Assembly (NCBI RefSeq): GCF_001194135.2
Contig: NC_068984.1
Span: 139,574,646 to 139,617,084 of the forward strand
Reading direction: 5' to 3'
DNA from: Octopus bimaculoides
Taxonomy: Eukaryota
Length of the DNA stretch: 42,439 nt
The notes under the pieces are model-generated. The model made no database searches and was not told the origin of the DNA. It worked only from the letters and a program-made list of their open reading frames with translations. The position numbers and the translations under genes were made by a program. This document shows positions 36,228 to 42,439 of this stretch, piece by piece (position 1 is the first letter of the stretch; each line of letters begins with the position of its first letter).

Positions 36228-38167
36228 GCTATATATAGTTTATGCATGTATGTGTTTGGAGTGAATGTGTATTAAAATGGGAGGCATGATATTCGATAAG
36301 ACACGAATGAAGGAGGGTTTGCACTCTCACTCGACAATTCATGTTCACCTTCATCCTCGCATCATCACATCAGAACATCTATTCCTCCTCAAATTTAAAC
36401 GAATTTGCAGTCTAATTCTTCGAGCGTGCGGACAATACAAATTGACAAATTTCTATTTCTCCGATGTTCATAATCTTTCAATGATTTTGTTTTGACATTA
36501 GAGAATACTATTTGTAGGAAGAGCAATTGTCTTTACACACATAAGATGATTTATGGTCTTTTATACATCGTGCCAAATTTCAACAGACAACCAGCAAGAT
36601 GTTATTTGTAAGGAGTAATTATGAATATCGTTTGCACTGATAATGCCGGCATGATAAGAAGCATAGGTTTGTTTACTTGTGCTACTCTTAATGATCCGTA
36701 ATAGGTAAGTCAAGATGGCGTCTACGTTACGTTACGTTACGTTACTGACACGTTTTAAAATATATACCCGGATCTACTAAATGATGCAGAATGTAGCTAT
36801 TCATAACCATAATTTCTTTCAATTTTTAAGTAAATTTTCTGCACTAATTTTCTGCGCGTAATTTATATGGCAGACCATATGTAACTAATACTTTTATCTA
36901 AAAGGAATTATATGAATTTGAACGGATGTAACACTGCTGAATATATTAAGTCCTGTCGAATGTTTTATTTCAAAACTAGTATTTAATTTTGTACAAAACA
37001 CATGAGGTGTTAAATTTATTTCCATGAATACTTAGAAGAGAAAACTGTTACAAAGCTAAATAGAGACGCGTATAAATCTTCTGAACGTAATAGATAGATA
37101 GAGAGATGATCCTTATTATACATTTTAAACATTATTCTACATTTTTCTACATTATTATACATTATTCGATAAACATTTTTATACATTATTACATAGATAA
37201 ACATTATTATACATTTCTAATCAGCTTACGTGCATTTCGGATACATCGATATTTCATAATTGCATTATTTTTAATCATGCATATTAACCGATCCATATTT
37301 GATCGACCAGATTTTATGGAGAGGAAGACGGAGAATGTAACACTAAAACATACTTTTCAATGCTTCATCATACTGATTGGAATAGGGAGCAGAGGATAAT
37401 TTGAGGAGGTTACACAGTAGTAAGCTTAGCAATTCTTGGCCAAAAGAGGGAGTAGATATGTTTACCAGCAGATCTAATTACGAATTGTAAGGTCAAGTTA
37501 GTACTGAATTAAGATGGTAAAATGTTATTGCTCTCACGAATAAACAAGAGGAATCAAATATTGCTAAACCTGTTTATAAGATATATTATTTAGGTCATAC
37601 TTAAGACTAATATTGATCAAACCACATTCTATTGTGACCTAAGTAATATCTTCTGAAATTATATTGAGTCCATTTTTTGCTTGGGCACTCTTCATGATAC
37701 TAGAGAACAACTTAATATTATGCATATGTATACAAGTGAGTGTGTCTTTAAACAATCTTACTTTTATTTAAATTCTTCGATTGCACATCGAAAGAAAACT
37801 GTAGAAAATCGAAAACAAAATCTTGTCTTCACAAAATAAACGATATTTTCTATTAAAGCCGATGATATAAAATACAGCCAAACACATAATGTACCCATGT
37901 GACCGATATCATTAGGTTTTATTGTAACTATATAATAATGGAATTACGTTACGTTTTCAATGTTGAAATTTATATGGTTTTCATACTATCTTGTCAAGAG
38001 TACTTTATAGGAACATATGACACAATTTCTTTAAATACCGATGCTACCGATGTGAAATGGAATCTAATACTTTATTCCATTTCACCTCCGAGCCTCATGT
38101 TATACAAATACAAACACACACACATACTGACGTCTATCTACCTATGTATCTAGGTAGGTAACTAGCT

Positions 38168-38220
<53 letters not shown>

Positions 38221-38631
38221 NNNNNNNNNNNNNNNNNNNNNNNNNNNNNNNNNNNNNNNNNNNNNNNNNNNNNNNNNNNNNNNNNNNNNNNNNNNNNNNN
38301 NNNNNNNNNNNNNNNNNNNNNNNNNNNNNNNNNNNNNNNNNNNNNNNNNNNNNNNNNNNNNNNNNNNNNNNNNNNNNNNNNNNNNNNNNNNNNNNNNNNN
38401 NNNNNNNNNNNNNNNNNNNNNNNNNNNNNNNNNNNNNNNNNNNNNNNNNNNNNNNNNNNNNNNNNNNNNNNNNNNNNNNNNNNNNNNNNNNNNNNNNNNN
38501 NNNNNNNNNNNNNNNNNNNNNNNNNNNNNNNNNNNNNNNNNNNNNNNNNNNNNNNNNNNNNNNNNNNNNNNNNNNNNNNNNNNNNNNNNNNNNNNNNNNN
38601 NNNNNNNNNNNNNNNNNNNNNNNNNNNNNNN

Positions 38632-38853
38632 GAAAACACCTAAAGCTCCACGAGGCTCCGGCAGGGGATGGTGGCGAACCCAGCTGTACTCTTTCACCAC
38701 AACTTTCTCTCACTGAATATCCTCGAGAACTACGTTAAGGGTACACGTGTCTGTGGAGTGCTCAACCACTTGCACGTTAATTTCACGAGCAGGCTGTTCC
38801 GTTGAACGGATTAACTGGAACCCTCGACGTCGTAAGCGACGGAGTGCCAACAA
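38632..38853 (+). mobile_element. tRNA-derived SINE family C (possibly the octopus OR type); head lost in the gap, ~60-nt internal deletion
   Basis: Reverse complement of the copy at 39376-39757. Confidence 0.9.
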
Positions 38854-38867
38854 CAGTATATACATAC

Positions 38868-38932
<65 letters not shown>

Positions 38933-38940
38933 CAGCAGCA
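38868..38940. repeat. (GTA)n-(GCA)n microsatellite
   Basis: Direct reading. Confidence 0.97.
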
Positions 38941-39375
38941 CATTTATGATTAGCATATAGTTGATCAATAAGAAACTTTAATATTATCCTAGAGAGTCTA
39001 TGACGAAATTGTTTCGATAGCAACTAGCTAATTTCCTTTGAAGATATTACATGCTGTATTAAATGCATAAAAAAACATAAGAATAAAATCTAGAGAAGTA
39101 CAACTGAGACGACTGAATTTATTATCATACATCTATTTTCTAAGTAGCAGATCGATCAAAACAAAGATAAAATAATTAAAAATTTATTCATAAGGTTTCA
39201 AACGAAAACACGAAAATGGCAACAGCTTAAAGATCGTGAAATAAAATCTAGATTTTAAGCTATTTAAATATCAACGAGTACGAGACAGAGACAAATTGTT
39301 GCAAAAATATTAAGAATATGAAATTTATACACACGCGTATATGTACATACATGAATTCGTTTTCTCTACACGCGT

Positions 39376-39757
39376 GTTGTTGGCACTCCATCGCTTACGA
39401 CGTCGAGGGTTCCAGTTGATCCAATCAACGGAACAGCCTGCTCGTGAAATTAACGTGCAAGTGACTGAATACTCCACAGACACGTGTACCCTTAACGTAG
39501 TTCTCGAGGATATTCAGCGTGACACAGTGTGAGAAGGCTGGCCCTTTGAATTACAGGCACAACAGAAACAGGAAGTAAGAGTAAGAGAAAGTTGTGGTGA
39601 AAGAGTACAGCAGGGTTCGCCACCATCCCCTGCCGGAGACTCGTGGAGCTTTAGGTGTTTTCGCTCAGTAAACACTCTCAACGCCCGATCTGGGAATCGA
39701 AACTGCGATCATATGACCGCGAGTCCGCTGCCCTAACCACTGGGCCATTGCGCCTCC
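39376..39757 (-). mobile_element. SINE family C, full length, 8-bp TSD
   Basis: tRNA-like head GGAGGCGCAATGGCCCAGTGGTTAGGGCAGCGGACTCGCGG..TTTCGATTCCCAG; ACACGCGT at 39368-75 and 39758-65. Confidence 0.92.
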
Positions 39758-39859
39758 ACACGCGTATACACGTCCATTACATAATTCATATTTTTAAAAC
39801 ACTTTTGAAACATACCAAGTGAATTAAAATACGAAACATCAAAGAATCACAGTATCGAC

Positions 39860-40320
39860 CAGACTATCAGATGCTGTTACATACCACTGGCCACAGTGCG
39901 CTTCCAATTCTGTCTTGATTGATTTTTTTCTTCTTTATTGAATTGCTCAACTAGATTATTTTCCCATCTCGTGGAGGCCTTCCATATGGCCTTTTCCAAT
40001 CTCTTGGATACCATCGGCAACTGCAACGGTTCAGTCACTGTCCTTGAACCTTGCAACATGTCCAGTTCAACGGAACTTGTGCACTCAAAATTCTTTTGCA
40101 CACATCATTTCACTCTGCTCTGTCACTCCAAATTCTCTCATTTCGAATATGCTCTCTAAGAGGCAAAATCTTTGTAGAAGCTCTACAGAACACTCTATTT
40201 CAATCATCTCAAACCATTTGTCTATAACTTTACATTCATTTCCCTATGCAGCAATTATTATAAGGTCAACCTTTGCAGCTTTCACACTCCAATTTCTGGC
40301 AATTTGAAATTTTAAGGGAT
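39860..40320 (-). pseudogene. RTE LINE 3'-terminal ORF remnant
   Basis: KFR*TGHVARFKDSD*T (~RWAGHVAR..DNRWT), GRPP / TRWENNL (~GRPPTRWxDDL), QNWKRTVA. Confidence 0.75.
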
Positions 40321-40495
40321 TGTATTCTTTTTCGTTCCCTTTCTTTACAATTCTGGAATCAAACGGATATGATTGAGCAAAAGTAAACGACGTCGCTGTT
40401 CCGTGTCTATTATTGTGATGCCTGGTCTATTATTTTCTTGCTAATTGGACGTTTGAAAAGGAAAGTCCCACAAAATCTTACATTTCTCCGACTCC

Positions 40496-40660
40496 GGCCA
40501 ACTGGCAGATTCGTTAGCATACCGGATAAAATACTTTCCAGTATTTCATCCGTCTTTACGTTCTGATTTCAACTATGCCTTTCATCCCTTGTGGGTGGTT
40601 AGAATAAGTACCAGTCAAGAACTGGGGCCGATGTAATCGACTACTCCTCCCCCCCCCCGC
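40496..40660 (+). mobile_element. SINE family A with an internal deletion
   Basis: CTGGCAGATTCGTTAGCATACCGG..CGTCTTTACGTTCTGA..AATAAGTACCAG..GATGTAATCGACT. Confidence 0.85.
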
Positions 40661-40754
40661 AAATCCCAGGTCGTTAGACGAAAGCATTTTTAAGTATCAT
40701 TATCTCTTTCTCTCTTCTTGATTTACTTATGTCACGTTCAAGATTCATTATAAG

Positions 40755-41210
40755 TTGAAATCGCAACACTTTCCTTAACACATGAACTCTTCCAAGTATT
40801 GCTGCCAACCGAATACTTCTTAATTTTGGTGTTTGCAGTTTTTCATACCGGAATATAGCTCACTTTTACATGGTCCAAGTGCATGAACCACAATAGGTAC
40901 CACACGCACTTTAGAGGATGGTACTTCCCAAATTTCTCGCCTTGTATTCACAATATTCTCGTCTGCATTGTATAGCTACATCTCCTTCAGTAAGAGAGTG
41001 ATATCTGATCTGTTATGTTGCAGCTTACTGTCTGTGTATATTGGTATCTTTCAAGTGAGTTTTACCCGATCATTCTCTACTACCGCCAACGGCTGTTTGA
41101 TGTTCATACCACTTTTTGGAACATTCTACCCCATACTTCTTGAAATCTTTGAAGTTTGCATCTTTCCATATCCGAGTGTCACCCTGATACATGCGGCAAA
41201 TATTTAGTGA
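40755..41210 (-). pseudogene. RLE-type (R4/Dong-like) non-LTR retrotransposon C-terminal remnant, copy 1
   Basis: KKYGVECSKKWYEH, VVENDRVKLT*KIPIYTDSKLQHNRSDITL (~ILWDFxIxTD..HNRPDI), REIWEV..VVPIVVHALG, AAILGRVHVLRKVL. Confidence 0.85.
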
Positions 41211-41284
41211 TACACACTTAAGAGTCATTTGGCTTTACAACTGTCAACATAAAGACATAAAAAGAAGGTAAATGGTTTTGTAGG

Positions 41285-41470
41285 GCATTTACATTGATAA
41301 TACTCTTCTCAAGAAATGTACGGTTCCAGTCAGCAATATTTTCAGCATATTTTGTAGGGTTGGGTTTCCAGGTATCTAGTCCAAATACTTTTTTGTGACC
41401 CTTCTTATCATTCCAAGTGCTCGGACTATCACTGGTATTTTCCAGTCCTTAAGACACCACATTCTCTCTA
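41285..41470 (-). pseudogene. RLE-type (R4/Dong-like) element extreme C-terminus, copy 2
   Basis: MWCLKDWKIPVIVRALGMIRRVTKKYLD*IPGNPTLQNMLKILLTGTVHFLRRVLSM*. Confidence 0.8.
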
Positions 41471-41609
41471 TTTAATTTTAATGTGTTTATTCTAATAAAC
41501 TATCAAAGTTTCTTTTCTCTGGGTGTCCGGAAGGCGCTCAGCAAGAAATGGAAACAAAATTAAAGGAAGAATAAAAAGCAAATGAAAATATTAATCATTT
41601 CTTCTATAG

Positions 41610-41716
41610 ACACAAATCTTGAAATACTGGGGAGAGGGCCGGTCGATTACATCGACCCCAGTACTCGATTGGTACTTATTCCATCGACCCCGAAACGATA
41701 AGAGGAAATGCCGACA
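41610..41716 (-). mobile_element. SINE family A 3' half
   Basis: GTCGATTACATCGACCCCAGTACTCGATTGGTACTTATTCCATCGACCCCGAAA. Confidence 0.85.
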
Positions 41717-42074
41717 TTGTCAATAAAAATAATTAATGTTGATGTTATTTTTCTGTGTTTATTTTCCGATCGTTCTTGAAGATTTTCCTATGCGAATTTA
41801 ATACTACCATTGGTTATTTGAATACGGAAATTAAGCACCAAAACAACTACGATACATATTTTATTGTTTCTGCGATTGATATTCGGAAATGCTATCGGCT
41901 GGTATTAACGGCAAAGTAAATATTAGGCAAAAAATAAACAAACGCTACATTTTAATATGTATGTAGGACATTGATGAGCGTTTAATATTCTATTTTCTAC
42001 TTAAGAACATCCAAAATACATACATAATGTTCGAGTGTATGTATGTGTGTATTCTTGTATGTGTGTATTTTTTT

Positions 42075-42185
42075 ATTATTTTACTAGTTTCGGCTATTTG
42101 ACTGTTGCCATGCTGGAGCGCTGCCTGCAAGGGCTTTAGTCGAACAAATCGACCTCAGGACTATTTTTTTAACCTAGCAGTTATT
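42075..42185 (-). mobile_element. SINE family B 3' tail
   Basis: TTTACTAGTTTCGGCTATTTGACTGTTGCCATGCTGGAGCGCTGCC..GTCGAACAAATCGACC. Confidence 0.8.
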
Positions 42186-42194
42186 CTGTACGTG

Positions 42195-42237
42195 TATATA
42201 TATATATATATATAGATATATATATATATATATATAT

Positions 42238-42283
<46 letters not shown>
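42195..42283. repeat. (TA)n-(GATA)n microsatellite
   Basis: Direct reading. Confidence 0.97.
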
Positions 42284-42286
<3 letters not shown>

Positions 42287-42439
42287 CATAAATATATAGG
42301 GATTGACAGTAACCTGCTTCTCCAACATACTGAGAATTCAGAAATAGCAGTCAAAGAACTACTGATTTCAAAACTACAAATTATTACTCCAGATTGATAG
42401 CGATATTTTTAATACACACAGAACAAAAAACAGTAGAGA

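Overview
AT-rich, microsatellite-dense eukaryotic draft-assembly DNA with 8 N-gaps. The SINE families look like those of Octopus (coleoid cephalopod); the species is inferred, not shown. No intact protein-coding gene is supportable, and almost all supplied ORFs are microsatellite or N artefacts, or pieces of dead transposons. The window holds many tRNA-derived SINEs (three families), decayed mariner/Tc1 and hAT DNA transposons, RTE and R4-like (RLE) LINE remnants, and a decayed Penelope-like element (RT + GIY-YIG). The most notable structure is a cluster of five co-oriented (+ strand), mutually different hammerhead-ribozyme motifs between 1.1 and 7.6 kb. One of them (2522-2583) is structurally intact, and the cluster lies just downstream of a candidate first exon. 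Other observations: a 116-nt pri-miRNA-like hairpin (28505-28620), internal inversions in an RTE LINE and in a mariner, and closely spaced inverted SINE pairs that could form dsRNA. All protein and RNA-structure assignments were made by eye, without database searches.
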